DNA of 64,000 bases from an uncultured Chloroflexia bacterium (lineage in GTDB: Bacteria; Chloroflexota; Limnocylindria; Limnocylindrales; CSP1-4): contig CAVVCZ010000004.1 of assembly GCA_963746845.1 (NCBI GenBank), positions 416,001-480,000 of the forward strand. The letters are read 5' to 3'. The notes under the pieces are model-generated. The model had not been told where the DNA came from and did not search any database. It saw only the letters and a program-made list of their open reading frames with translations. How positions within the stretch are numbered: the stretch's first letter is position 1; the number at the start of each line of letters is the position of its first letter. The translations under genes were made by a program, and so were the position numbers. Shown piece after piece: positions 27,916 to 37,143 of the stretch.

Positions 27916-30224
27916 TCGAACGGCTTCGTCTCGGTCTCTTCCGCAGCCCGCCCCAGGGCTGGCTCAGCCTGTTCCTCGTCGCGGTCCTCGCGGTCACGGT
28001 CGCGTGGTCCCTCGACGACGCGGCGCTCGTCCTCGGCCAGCGCGACTGGACCGACTTCCTCGCCTGGGCGTCCCTCGGCGGCGTGGCCGTCGCGTTCGTC
28101 GGGGCGCGGGTGGGCTGGAACCGGCCGCTCGCCCACCTCATCGGGGCGATCTTCGCGGCGCTGATCGTGTCGATCATGGTCGGCAACGTGCTGGTCGCGC
28201 ACGCCTCGCCGGGCGTCGCCTTCCGGGCGACCGCCGATGCGGCGACGAACGCGATCATCGACTTCGCGGTCCGGGCGCTGCCCGTGACCCGCGAGACCGG
28301 TCACTACCTGCTCGCGTTGGGGCTCCTGTGCTGGGCGAACGGGATGTTCGCTGCCTCCGCGGTGTTCCGCCAGAGCCGGCCTGTCGGCCCGATCGTCGTC
28401 CTCGGCGCGGTCCTCGTCGCGAACATGTCCGCGACCGTCCACGACCAGATCTGGTTCCTCGTCCTGTTCTCGCTCGCGTCCCTGTTCCTGCTGATCCGGC
28501 TCCACGCCCTCGAGGAGCGCGCGACGTGGATCCGCCGCCGGATCGGTGACCCGGCGATCGTCGGCTCGCTCTACCTCCGCGGCGGGACCGTCTTCATCAT
28601 GATCGCCGTCTTCCTCGCCCTGGCCCTGACCGCGAGCGCGCGATCGGCGCCCCTCGCCGGCTTCTGGGAGGACGCCAAGCCGGCCCTCGTCGACATCTCC
28701 CAGTGGCTCCAGCGGATCATCCCGGCGGCCCCGGACAGCAAGACGATCGGCGTGCCGGCCTTCGGGAGCCAGGTCGTGATCGGCGGGCTGTGGTCGACAT
28801 CCGACGAGCCCGCCCTCCAGATCCGACGGCCCGCCGGCGATGACCGGGCGATCTACTGGCGGGCGACGACGTACGACACGTTCACCCTGCGTGGCTGGAC
28901 GACGTCGATCCCGAAGACGGATGAACGAGCCGCCGGCAGCGACCTCCTGGCCGGGACGCTCGACGCGATCCCGCCGACCTCCGCGCGGACGACCGAGCCG
29001 TTCCAGGTCACCCCCCAGAGCTCGTTGTTCCGGGTGGCCTTCAGCCCGATCGACCCGGTCTCGATCGATCGGGATGTGACCCTGAGCCTCGTGGGAGACG
29101 ACGGGTTCCTGCAGTCCATCCAGATCGACGGACACGGCTCGTACGTCGTGAACGCGGCACTCCCGAAGATCGCCGATGTCGCGGGCGGTCTGACCGACAA
29201 CCGGCTGCGCGCCGCGGGAACGAACTATCCACTCGGGATCACCGCGCGCTACCTGTCCGTGCCGATCGACGCGATGGGTCCGGCCGCCAACCAGCTCTAC
29301 AACGACATCATCGCCCGGACGAAGGCGGCCGGCCGGACGACGCCGTTCGACATCGCCACGGCCATCGTCAACGAGCTCCACAGCTCGACGTACCGCTACG
29401 ACACGAACGTGCTCGGCGTGTGCGACCGCGATCCGAGCATCGTCGAGTGCTTCGCCGCCCACAAGGTCGGCTTCTGCGAGCACTACGCCAGCACCATGGC
29501 GATCTTCCTGCGCAGGGCCGGGGTCCCGGCCCGGCTCGTCGAGGGCTTCCTCCCGGGCGACCTCGACACGGCGACCGGCATCGAGAACATCCGGACGGGC
29601 GGCGCCCACGCCTGGGTCGAGGTGTACTTCCCGGCCTACGGCTGGTGGATGTTCGACCCGACGGGCGGCTCGGTCTCCCAGAACGCGCCGAAGCTGCCCG
29701 AGGGCACGATCGTGCCGCTTCCCTCGGTGACCCCGTTCCCGTCCTTCGGACTGGCGAGCATCGGCCCGGACGACCGCGGCGCCGACTTCAGCCGGCGACC
29801 GGGGGCGGTGGCGGCCGGGACGACGTCCGGCGGCCCGTCGGCCGGGATGCTCGTGATCATCACGATCGTCCTCCTCGGATCCGTCCTGCTGCTGGCGTTC
29901 CTCGCCTGGCGGCGCGGTCCGCGCAGCGCGTCCACGCCCGAAGGGGTCTACGCCTCGGTGACATCGCTCGCGCGACGGTTCGGGTTCGGTCCGCGGCCCA
30001 CCCAGACCGCGTTCGAGTACGCGACGGCGCTCGGCGACATCCTGCCGGGCGTCCGGCCGGAGCTCCAGACCGTCGCCACGGCGAAGGTCGAGGTGGCCTA
30101 CGGACGGCGCGAGCTCGGCGAGGACCGGATCCGGGCGCTGCGCGACTCGTACCGCCGGCTGCGCGTGAGCCTGCTCCGGCTCGCCTTCCGACGCGGCGAT
30201 CGGAAGAAGATGCGGAAGGGCTGA
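27912..30224 (+). CDS. Membrane transglutaminase-like protein (TgpA/DUF3488)
   Basis: N-terminal TM bundle, YWR, catalytic GFCEHYAS, HAWVEVYF, FDPT. Confidence 0.92.
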   Translation: MIERLRLGLFRSPPQGWLSLFLVAVLAVTVAWSLDDAALVLGQRDWTDFLAWASLGGVAVAFVGARVGWNRPLAHLIGAIFAALIVSIMVGNVLVAHASPGVAFRATADAATNAIIDFAVRALPVTRETGHYLLALGLLCWANGMFAASAVFRQSRPVGPIVVLGAVLVANMSATVHDQIWFLVLFSLASLFLLIRLHALEERATWIRRRIGDPAIVGSLYLRGGTVFIMIAVFLALALTASARSAPLAGFWEDAKPALVDISQWLQRIIPAAPDSKTIGVPAFGSQVVIGGLWSTSDEPALQIRRPAGDDRAIYWRATTYDTFTLRGWTTSIPKTDERAAGSDLLAGTLDAIPPTSARTTEPFQVTPQSSLFRVAFSPIDPVSIDRDVTLSLVGDDGFLQSIQIDGHGSYVVNAALPKIADVAGGLTDNRLRAAGTNYPLGITARYLSVPIDAMGPAANQLYNDIIARTKAAGRTTPFDIATAIVNELHSSTYRYDTNVLGVCDRDPSIVECFAAHKVGFCEHYASTMAIFLRRAGVPARLVEGFLPGDLDTATGIENIRTGGAHAWVEVYFPAYGWWMFDPTGGSVSQNAPKLPEGTIVPLPSVTPFPSFGLASIGPDDRGADFSRRPGAVAAGTTSGGPSAGMLVIITIVLLGSVLLLAFLAWRRGPRSASTPEGVYASVTSLARRFGFGPRPTQTAFEYATALGDILPGVRPELQTVATAKVEVAYGRRELGEDRIRALRDSYRRLRVSLLRLAFRRGDRKKMRKG

Positions 30225-30231
30225 CCGCCCG

Positions 30232-31113
30232 CTACAGCGCCCCCGACCGTGTCCGCTCCTCGGACGCGTCCCGGGCCGCCTCGTCGAGCAGGCCCGCGAG
30301 GTGCTCGGTCAGGTTCATCGCCCGGACGACCGGCCGGCCCGCCCGGACCTCGACGATCGAGATCCCGCACAGGTCGCTGGACCACATCCAGAACCGCTCG
30401 AGCGGCAGGTCGAACAGGGTCAGCAGGGCAACCTTGAAGACCCCGTCATGGCCGACGAGGATCGACCACGGGTGGGTCGCGGGGGCGTCGTGGTAGCCAC
30501 CGACCTGGGGTGCCATCAGCGTCCCGGGTGAGCCGGCGGAGGCGAGCGTCGCCAGCAGGTCCTCCAGACCGTCCATGACCCGCTCGCGAACCTCGACGAG
30601 GCGCTCCCCACCGGGCGCCCAGGTCTCGGTCGGGCGCTGCCGCCACGCGGCCAGGCGCTCGCCATCCATTTCCGCGATCTCGCTCGCGAGGCGGCCCTCC
30701 CATTCGCCCTGGCCGATCTCGACGAACCGGCCGTCGGCGCGGATCGGGACGCCGCCCCCGGCGCCTCCGGCACCGTCCGGCGTGGCGGCGATCGCCCGGC
30801 CGATCGCGACCGCGGTGTCCGCCGCCCGGGCGAGCGGCGAATGGACGATGGACCGCGGGTTGCCGACCGGGATCGGCAGCAGCGGCGGCTCGTGCGGACG
30901 GGCGAGCCGGGCGGCGACCCGCTCCGCCTGTGCCCGCCCGAGGGCCGACAGCTGCGACTCCAGCTGCCCCTGGAACCTGCGCTGGACGATCAGCTCGGAC
31001 TCGCCGTGGCGGACGAGGACGAGGGTGGCGTCGAGCCGATCGGGGATCGCAAGACGGACGCCGGCGGAGCCGCTCGACCCGGCCGGCCCGCCCGAACCCG
31101 CCGCGCCGCTCAG
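30232..31113 (-). CDS. Histidine phosphatase family protein, probable phosphoserine phosphatase; start inferred at CTG 31113
   Basis: LVRHGES, SPLARA, EIGQGEWEG, PGGE, LVGHDG; directly downstream of serA. Confidence 0.85.
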   Translation of the reverse strand: MSGAAGSGGPAGSSGSAGVRLAIPDRLDATLVLVRHGESELIVQRRFQGQLESQLSALGRAQAERVAARLARPHEPPLLPIPVGNPRSIVHSPLARAADTAVAIGRAIAATPDGAGGAGGGVPIRADGRFVEIGQGEWEGRLASEIAEMDGERLAAWRQRPTETWAPGGERLVEVRERVMDGLEDLLATLASAGSPGTLMAPQVGGYHDAPATHPWSILVGHDGVFKVALLTLFDLPLERFWMWSSDLCGISIVEVRAGRPVVRAMNLTEHLAGLLDEAARDASEERTRSGAL

Positions 31114-32702
31114 CGCTCGCGCCCCAGGCGGATTGTCCAGAGCTCGACCACGGACTCCTGGCCGCGGATCGCCTCCTCGACCTCGGGCGGGACGTCGTCG
31201 TCGAGGGCGAGGATCATCAGGGCGTCGGCCCGCGGGGCACTCCGCCCGACGTGCATCGCCGAGATGTTCACGTCGGCAGCGCCGAGCGTCTGCCCGATCC
31301 TGCCGATCATCCCGGGCCGGTCGTGATGGTGGGTGATCAGCATCACGTCGGTCGCCTCGATGTCGAGGCGGTACTCGTTGAGCCGCGTCAGGCGGATCTC
31401 GCCGGCGGCGACCGTGCCGGCGACCGTCGTCGGCCCGCCCCCGCCCCCGCCCTCGCCCGACAGGCTGAGCTGGGCGGCGAACGCGCCCGCATCCGGGCTC
31501 TTGCGCTCGACGACGGTGATCCCGCGCGCCTTGGCGAGCGACGCCGCATTGACGAGGTTGACCCGCTGCGTCGTCGACGTCTCGATCATGCCGCGCAGGA
31601 CCGCCGCCGTCAGCGGCGAGGCGTCGAAGGTCGCCAGCTCGCCGGAGATGTCGAGCGTGATCGTCCGGACGCCACCGTGCGCGAACTGGGCGAAGAACCG
31701 GCCGAGGAGCTCGGCGAGCGGGAGGTACGGGGCGATCGCCCGGGCCGTCTCGGGCGTGAGCAGCGGCGCGTTCACCGCATAGCGTGCCGGCCGCCCCGCG
31801 AGAACGTCGAGGACCTGGTCGGCGACCTCCTCCGCGACGAGGACCTGGGCCTCCGCCGTCGAGGCGCCAAGGTGTGGCGTCAGGAGCGTGTTCGGCGCGT
31901 CGAGGAGCGGGGAGCCGATGGGAGGCTCGGCCTCGAAGACATCGATCCCGGCGCCACCGAGATGGCCGCTCGCCAGCGCCTCGGCGACCGCCGCCTCGTC
32001 GAGGATCCCGCCCCGGGCGACATTGAGGAGGATCGTGCCCGGCTTCATCCGGGCGATCTGGTCGCGTCCGATCAGCCCGCGCGTCGCGCGCGTCAGCGGC
32101 ACGTGAACGGTGATGACGTCGGACCGCTCGACGAGGGTGTCGAACGGCACGAGCTCCACGCCGTGGAGAGCCGCCTGCTCGGCGGTCACGAACGGATCCG
32201 AGGCGAGGACCACCATCTCCATCGCGACCGCCCGGACGGCGATCGCCTGGCCGATCTTGCCGAGCCCGACGATCCCGAGCGTCTTGCCGCGCAGCTCGAT
32301 GCCCGTGAACTGTGTGCGCTTCCACTCGCCGCGCCGGACCGAGGCGTCCGCCGCGGCGACCCGGCGCGCAACGCCGGACAGCAACGCGAGCGTGTGCTCG
32401 GCGGCCGCGATCGTGTTGCCGGTCGGGGCGTTGACGACCGTGATGCCGGCCGCGGTGGCGGCGTCGAGGTCGACGTTGTCGACGCCGACCCCGGCCCGGC
32501 CGATGACCTGGAGCCGGCTCCCGGCGGCCGCGATCACGTCACGGTCGACCTGGACCTGGCTGCGGACGACGAGCGCGTCGTAGCCGGGCAGGATCGCGCA
32601 CAGCTCGTCGCGGGCGATCCCGGGCCGCTCGTCGACCTCGTGATCGGCGCGGAGTCGGGCGATGCCCTCGGCCGCGATGGGCTCGACGACCAGGATCCTC
32701 AC
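31110..32702 (-). CDS. serA: D-3-phosphoglycerate dehydrogenase
   Basis: GRAGVGVDNVD, GIVGLGKIG, TPHLGAST, C-terminal ACT domain DRPGMIG; GTGA overlap start. Confidence 0.96.
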   Translation of the reverse strand: MRILVVEPIAAEGIARLRADHEVDERPGIARDELCAILPGYDALVVRSQVQVDRDVIAAAGSRLQVIGRAGVGVDNVDLDAATAAGITVVNAPTGNTIAAAEHTLALLSGVARRVAAADASVRRGEWKRTQFTGIELRGKTLGIVGLGKIGQAIAVRAVAMEMVVLASDPFVTAEQAALHGVELVPFDTLVERSDVITVHVPLTRATRGLIGRDQIARMKPGTILLNVARGGILDEAAVAEALASGHLGGAGIDVFEAEPPIGSPLLDAPNTLLTPHLGASTAEAQVLVAEEVADQVLDVLAGRPARYAVNAPLLTPETARAIAPYLPLAELLGRFFAQFAHGGVRTITLDISGELATFDASPLTAAVLRGMIETSTTQRVNLVNAASLAKARGITVVERKSPDAGAFAAQLSLSGEGGGGGGPTTVAGTVAAGEIRLTRLNEYRLDIEATDVMLITHHHDRPGMIGRIGQTLGAADVNISAMHVGRSAPRADALMILALDDDVPPEVEEAIRGQESVVELWTIRLGRER

Positions 32703-33919
32703 GCGGGAACCGCGGCGGCCTCGGCGGAAACCCCGGCGTCCCTCTCGGCTCCCGCGACGTCGCGGGTCTGGACCGCGAGCGCGGCCGCCTGGGCTGCGGC
32801 CACGGCCCGGCCGGGCTCGATCGGGCGCCCCTGCTCGAGCGAGACGCGCTCGAGGACCGCGATCGTGCCGAGGATCTCGTCGACCGTCACCGAGCCCAGG
32901 TGGCCCAGACGGAAGATCTTCCCGGTGAGCTTGCCCTGGCCGCCCGCGAGCACGACGCCGTGGGCCTTGATCGCGCTGTTGAACGGCTTCCATTCGTGGC
33001 CGTCCGGCAGCTTCGCCGCCGTGACCGTCTTCGAGGCGACGGCGTCGTCGGCGAGGAGCTCGAAGCCGAGCGCCCGGAGGCCGGCCCGGGACGCGGCCGC
33101 ACAGGCCTCGTGACGGGCGAAGACGCCGTCCTTGCCCTCGGCCGCCATGAGCCTGAGGCCCTCGTCGACCTGGTAGACGACCGCGATCGCCGGGGTGAAC
33201 GGGGTCTGGCCCGCCGCCGCCGATTCGCGATGGGTCCGGAGGTCGAGATAGAAGCGCGGCATCCGCGCGGTCTCGGTCGCCGCCCAGCCGCGCTCCGAGG
33301 CCGCGATCATCGCCAGGCCCGGGGCCGCCATCCACGCCTTCTGCGAGCCCGTCACGACGACGTCGACACCCCATGCATCCATCTCGAACGGCACCGCGCC
33401 GAGGCCTGACACGCTGTCGACGAGGATCAGCGCGTCGGGCGCCTCCTCGCGGATCGCGGCCGCGAGCGTCCCGATCGGGTTCATCACGCCGGTCGATGTC
33501 TCGTTGTGGGTCAGGAGGACCGCCTTCGCGTCCGGCATCGTCCGGAGGCGCTCCCGGACCTCCTCGGCGGCCGCGGCGTAGCCCCACTCGGCGTCGAGCT
33601 TCGTGACCTCGGCCCCATAGATCGAGGCGATCTTCGCGAAGCGATCCCCGAAGCTACCGATCGATACCCCGAGGACGCGGTCGCCCGGCGAGAGCGTGTT
33701 CACGACGGCCGCCTCGAGGCCGCCCGAACCGGCGCACGTCAGCATCGCGACGTCGCTCGTCGTGCCGAAGAACGGCTTCATCCCGTCGAGGATCCGGGCG
33801 AGCATCGCGGCGAACTCCGGCCCGCGGTGGTTGATCATCTGGCGGCCGCCGGCCTCGCGGACGGACGGCGGGAGGGCGGTCGGTCCGGGGATTCGCAGGT
33901 TGGGCTCGAAGCGGTCCAC
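32699..33919 (-). CDS. Class V PLP aminotransferase (alanine-glyoxylate/serine-pyruvate type; probable phosphoserine aminotransferase)
   Basis: LRIPGPT, INHRGPEF, HNETSTG, VDSVS, GSQKAW, FRLGHLG; AGGAGA RBS. Confidence 0.92.
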   Translation of the reverse strand: MDRFEPNLRIPGPTALPPSVREAGGRQMINHRGPEFAAMLARILDGMKPFFGTTSDVAMLTCAGSGGLEAAVVNTLSPGDRVLGVSIGSFGDRFAKIASIYGAEVTKLDAEWGYAAAAEEVRERLRTMPDAKAVLLTHNETSTGVMNPIGTLAAAIREEAPDALILVDSVSGLGAVPFEMDAWGVDVVVTGSQKAWMAAPGLAMIAASERGWAATETARMPRFYLDLRTHRESAAAGQTPFTPAIAVVYQVDEGLRLMAAEGKDGVFARHEACAAASRAGLRALGFELLADDAVASKTVTAAKLPDGHEWKPFNSAIKAHGVVLAGGQGKLTGKIFRLGHLGSVTVDEILGTIAVLERVSLEQGRPIEPGRAVAAAQAAALAVQTRDVAGAERDAGVSAEAAAVPA

Positions 33920-34061
33920 GGGGGTCTCCTGGCACTGGGCGCGGGGTGGCGCGCGGGAACGGCGACGGTGCCCCGATGGTCGCAGAAGCGTCGCGTTCGC
34001 GCCACCGCGGGCCGTCGCCCGCGCCCTTGACGGGCGGACGGGGCCCTCGACAATGGGCGCC

Positions 34062-34496
34062 ATGCCCACCAACGAGGAGGTCGCCCACGCCTACGCCGAG
34101 GCCGCCTCGCAGCTCGATCTCGACGAGATGGCCCGGCTGCGCCACCCGGAGTGGCAGGCTCGCTGGCCGCAGTCCGGAGAGCGCGTGATCGGCAGCGACA
34201 ACTACCGGCGGATCGTCGAGGCCTACCCGGGCGGCCACGCGGTCTCGGAGATCGAGCGGGTCGTGGGTGCCGAGGACCGCTGGGTGATCACCGCGGCGAA
34301 CACCGTGCAACAGATCGTCGGCAGCGGCGACTTCTGGTGGTCGGAGTGGCGGACGACGTATCCGGACGGTCGGCAGTACCACTGTGTCGAGCTCATCGAG
34401 CTGCGCGACCACCTGGTCTGGCGGGAGACGGTCTACTGGGCGGAGCCGTTCGCGGCGCCGGACTGGCGGTCGCGCTGGGTCGGGGGCGACGGCTGA
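34062..34496 (+). CDS. SnoaL-like/NTF2-fold protein
   Basis: WPQSGERVIG...N...YP and RETVYWAEPFAAPDWR patterns; TTGACG/GACAAT upstream. Confidence 0.8.
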   Translation: MPTNEEVAHAYAEAASQLDLDEMARLRHPEWQARWPQSGERVIGSDNYRRIVEAYPGGHAVSEIERVVGAEDRWVITAANTVQQIVGSGDFWWSEWRTTYPDGRQYHCVELIELRDHLVWRETVYWAEPFAAPDWRSRWVGGDG

Positions 34497-34540
34497 TCTG
34501 ACCATCGGCGGTACGCTGTCCGTGGCCGAGTCCGTGTCCG

Positions 34541-35620
34541 ATGGGCGACTCGCGCCCGTCGCAGATCCCGCGCCTGGTTCGTCAACCCACGGTCCGCGCC
34601 CGAACGGAGCCGCCCATTCCCGTGCCATCCGACCTCGTCCGCGTCGAGCCGACCCCGCCGCGGTTCCGCCATCGCCTGGTGCCCCACAGCGCGAAGGGGT
34701 GGTTTGCCATCCTGCTCGCCCTGGCCCTGACGGCGGGCGCCCTCGGGATGGGGGCCGTGGCGGTCAACGCGTTCGGCGTGGGCTCCCTGTTCGAGCGCCT
34801 CCAGTCGAAGATCGAGCGGATGGTGGCGGGCCCGCCACCGGATCGCGCCACGCTGCCGACGGTCGAGGACAGCGAGCCACCGGACGACACCCCGGAGCCG
34901 AGCCCGAGCGACACCCCCGAGCCGTCGACGCCCGGGCCGAGCGCCCGTCCCGGCGCGAGTCACACGCCCGCCCCGACCCCGAAGCCGACCCCGACCCCCG
35001 TCCCCCGCGTGGCCGTCGACGTCGACATCGTCGCGAAGCACGGACCGGAGTTCGCCCACGAGCTGCGTGACGACTGGTGCTCACCGGCCGGCGTCACCAC
35101 CGCGCTCGCGATCCTCGGCCTCGGCGCCCCGACGGACGCCCGCCAGAAGGAGATCGCGTCGCGCGTCCGCGAGTGGGAGAGCTACGCCGACAGCCACAAC
35201 GGCGAGTGGGGCCCGGCGGCGATGGCCCTCGCCCTCGACGCGTACGGCGCGCCGGGCTACCAGGTCGTCGCGTACCAGACCCAGGCACGGGCCCTGCGTG
35301 GGGCCGCGAAGGCGATCCTGACGACGAACTCGCCGGCGCTGCTGCTCGCGTGGCGCGGCGCCCATACCTGGGTGATGACGGGGTTCCAGGCCGACGCGGA
35401 TCCCCGGGTGTTCAACGACGCGAAGATCACCGGGACCTACATCGACGACCCGTGGTACCCGTGGGTCTCGTCGATCTGGGGCGCGTCCGATCCGCCGGGC
35501 ACGTTCCAGGACAAGGCGGAGATGGTCCGCAACTTCCTGCCGTGGAAGCGGCCGGAGGGCCACTACGCCGATCGCGACGGCAAGTTCATCGTCCTCATCC
35601 CGACGGTCCGGCGGGGCTGA
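34541..35620 (+). CDS. Membrane-anchored protein with Pro/Thr linker and papain-fold C39-like domain
   Basis: One TM helix, PTPKPTPTP linker, WCSPA...HTWVMTG...DDPW Cys-His-Asp order. Confidence 0.65.
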   Translation: MGDSRPSQIPRLVRQPTVRARTEPPIPVPSDLVRVEPTPPRFRHRLVPHSAKGWFAILLALALTAGALGMGAVAVNAFGVGSLFERLQSKIERMVAGPPPDRATLPTVEDSEPPDDTPEPSPSDTPEPSTPGPSARPGASHTPAPTPKPTPTPVPRVAVDVDIVAKHGPEFAHELRDDWCSPAGVTTALAILGLGAPTDARQKEIASRVREWESYADSHNGEWGPAAMALALDAYGAPGYQVVAYQTQARALRGAAKAILTTNSPALLLAWRGAHTWVMTGFQADADPRVFNDAKITGTYIDDPWYPWVSSIWGASDPPGTFQDKAEMVRNFLPWKRPEGHYADRDGKFIVLIPTVRRG

Positions 35621-37019
35621 CCGTCGCGACGGCGACCACCGGCGCCGGGAAGCGCCGGAGGCGAACCAGGACGAAGATCGCGAGCAGGCCCGCCTTGACG
35701 CCCGTGCCGGCGGCGTAGGCCAGCGGGATCGAGGCGATCCCGACGGTCGGTGCCAGCGACGTCGCGAGCACGACGATGACGGCGAAGCCGGCGAACGAGG
35801 CCGTGACCTGGAGCACCGTGTTATGGCTCGCGTACAGGGCACGTGACAACGGGTAGGCCAGGCTGTCCAGAGGCACGGAGATCGCGAAGAGGGCCAGCAC
35901 GAAGGCGGTCCGATCGACGTCGGACGGCAGGAACGCCCCGCCTCCGTGGACGCGCTCGATCACCGGACGGGCGAGCAGCGCGAGGAGCACGCCGGACACG
36001 GCGGTGAGCGCCGCGATCGTGACGACGTTCCGGCGGAGGATCGACCGGAATGCCCCGCGATCGCCCTCGTTCCAGGCGGCCGACAGCGCCGGAAAGACCG
36101 CGAGCGAGAACGCCGATCCGATCAGGCTGACCGGAACGACCTGGTAGTCCGCCGCGTAGTTGTACGACGTCAGCGCGCCGACCCCGATGCCTGTCGCCAC
36201 ACGGGTGAAGACCGTGACCGTGAGCGGATCGATCGGGGCGCTGAGCATCCGCGGGATCATCAGCCGGAGGAACTCGCGGAACTCCGGCAGGTGGATGTCC
36301 AGCCGCGGACGCGGCCGGAACGTGGTCCGGAGCACGCCGATCAGCCGAACCAGGAGATGGGCGGCCGCGCCGCAGACGGCCCCGATCGCCGTCCCGGTCA
36401 CTCCGAGCGTGTCGCCGAGGAGGACCGTCCCGAGGATCGCGCCGCCCGTGTACATCAGCGGCGCGAGGGCGTACGCGAAGAACCGTCGATTGGCGACGAG
36501 CACCTCGCCGAGGACGAACGAGGCGGCGAAGAACAGCTGCGCGATGCACGACAGCCGGAACAGGCTGACGTAGAGCTCACGGGTCGGCCCGTCGAACGAG
36601 GGGGCGACCCACTCGACCGTCGTTGGCGCGACGATCGCGAGGATCAGCGAGAACACGGCGATCGCGAGGACGGCCATGGTCAGGACCGTCTGGCCGAACC
36701 GGTCCGCGGCCGACGGGTTCCGTTGGGCGAGGCCCGTGAAGATCGGGACGAACGGAGCCGCGAGCCCGGCGGCGACGACGACGTCGAACACGACCTCCGG
36801 GATCCGGAAGGCGGCGATGTAGGCCTCGAACTCGGCCGACGCGCCGTACTGGGCGGACTGGACGCGGTTCCTGATGAGCCCAAGCCCGAAGAAGGCGAAC
36901 ATCAGGACCGAGAGGGTGATCGCCCCGCGCGGGAACACGCGGTACACGAGGACTCTGGAGCGGTCCGCGAGGACGCGGATGCGGGTCATCGGGGCGCGCC
37001 GGTCGTCGTAGGCATCCAT
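35595..37019 (-). CDS. murJ: Lipid II flippase MurJ (MviN); start 37019 or 36989
   Basis: LGLIR...YG...AYIAAFRIPE...FVPIF, AVFPALS, RALYA; many TM helices. Confidence 0.85.
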   Translation of the reverse strand: MDAYDDRRAPMTRIRVLADRSRVLVYRVFPRGAITLSVLMFAFFGLGLIRNRVQSAQYGASAEFEAYIAAFRIPEVVFDVVVAAGLAAPFVPIFTGLAQRNPSAADRFGQTVLTMAVLAIAVFSLILAIVAPTTVEWVAPSFDGPTRELYVSLFRLSCIAQLFFAASFVLGEVLVANRRFFAYALAPLMYTGGAILGTVLLGDTLGVTGTAIGAVCGAAAHLLVRLIGVLRTTFRPRPRLDIHLPEFREFLRLMIPRMLSAPIDPLTVTVFTRVATGIGVGALTSYNYAADYQVVPVSLIGSAFSLAVFPALSAAWNEGDRGAFRSILRRNVVTIAALTAVSGVLLALLARPVIERVHGGGAFLPSDVDRTAFVLALFAISVPLDSLAYPLSRALYASHNTVLQVTASFAGFAVIVVLATSLAPTVGIASIPLAYAAGTGVKAGLLAIFVLVRLRRFPAPVVAVATVSPAGPSG

Positions 37020-37105
37020 CCTCCCGGGCGATCGTACGGCGGAGGGACGCATCCGAGCCGGGCCCTGCGACGCGCAGCCCTGGGCTCGGCATCTCGTGCA
37101 ACGGG

Positions 37106-37137
37106 CTTGCAATTTCTTGCGCAACGTTGCGTAGAAT
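37106..37137 (+). promoter_or_regulatory. Promoter/operator of the LacI-family gene
   Basis: CTTGCAATTTCTTG, perfect palindrome CGCAACGTTGCG (37120-37131), TAGAAT 6 nt before ATG. Confidence 0.65.
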
Positions 37138-37143
37138 GCTCGC

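Noticed and set aside
30232-33587. ORF-track 697-aa and 825-aa products as multidomain fusions
   Set aside because: Their N-terminal parts are off-frame read-through over the upstream genes; real starts are near 31113 and at 32702
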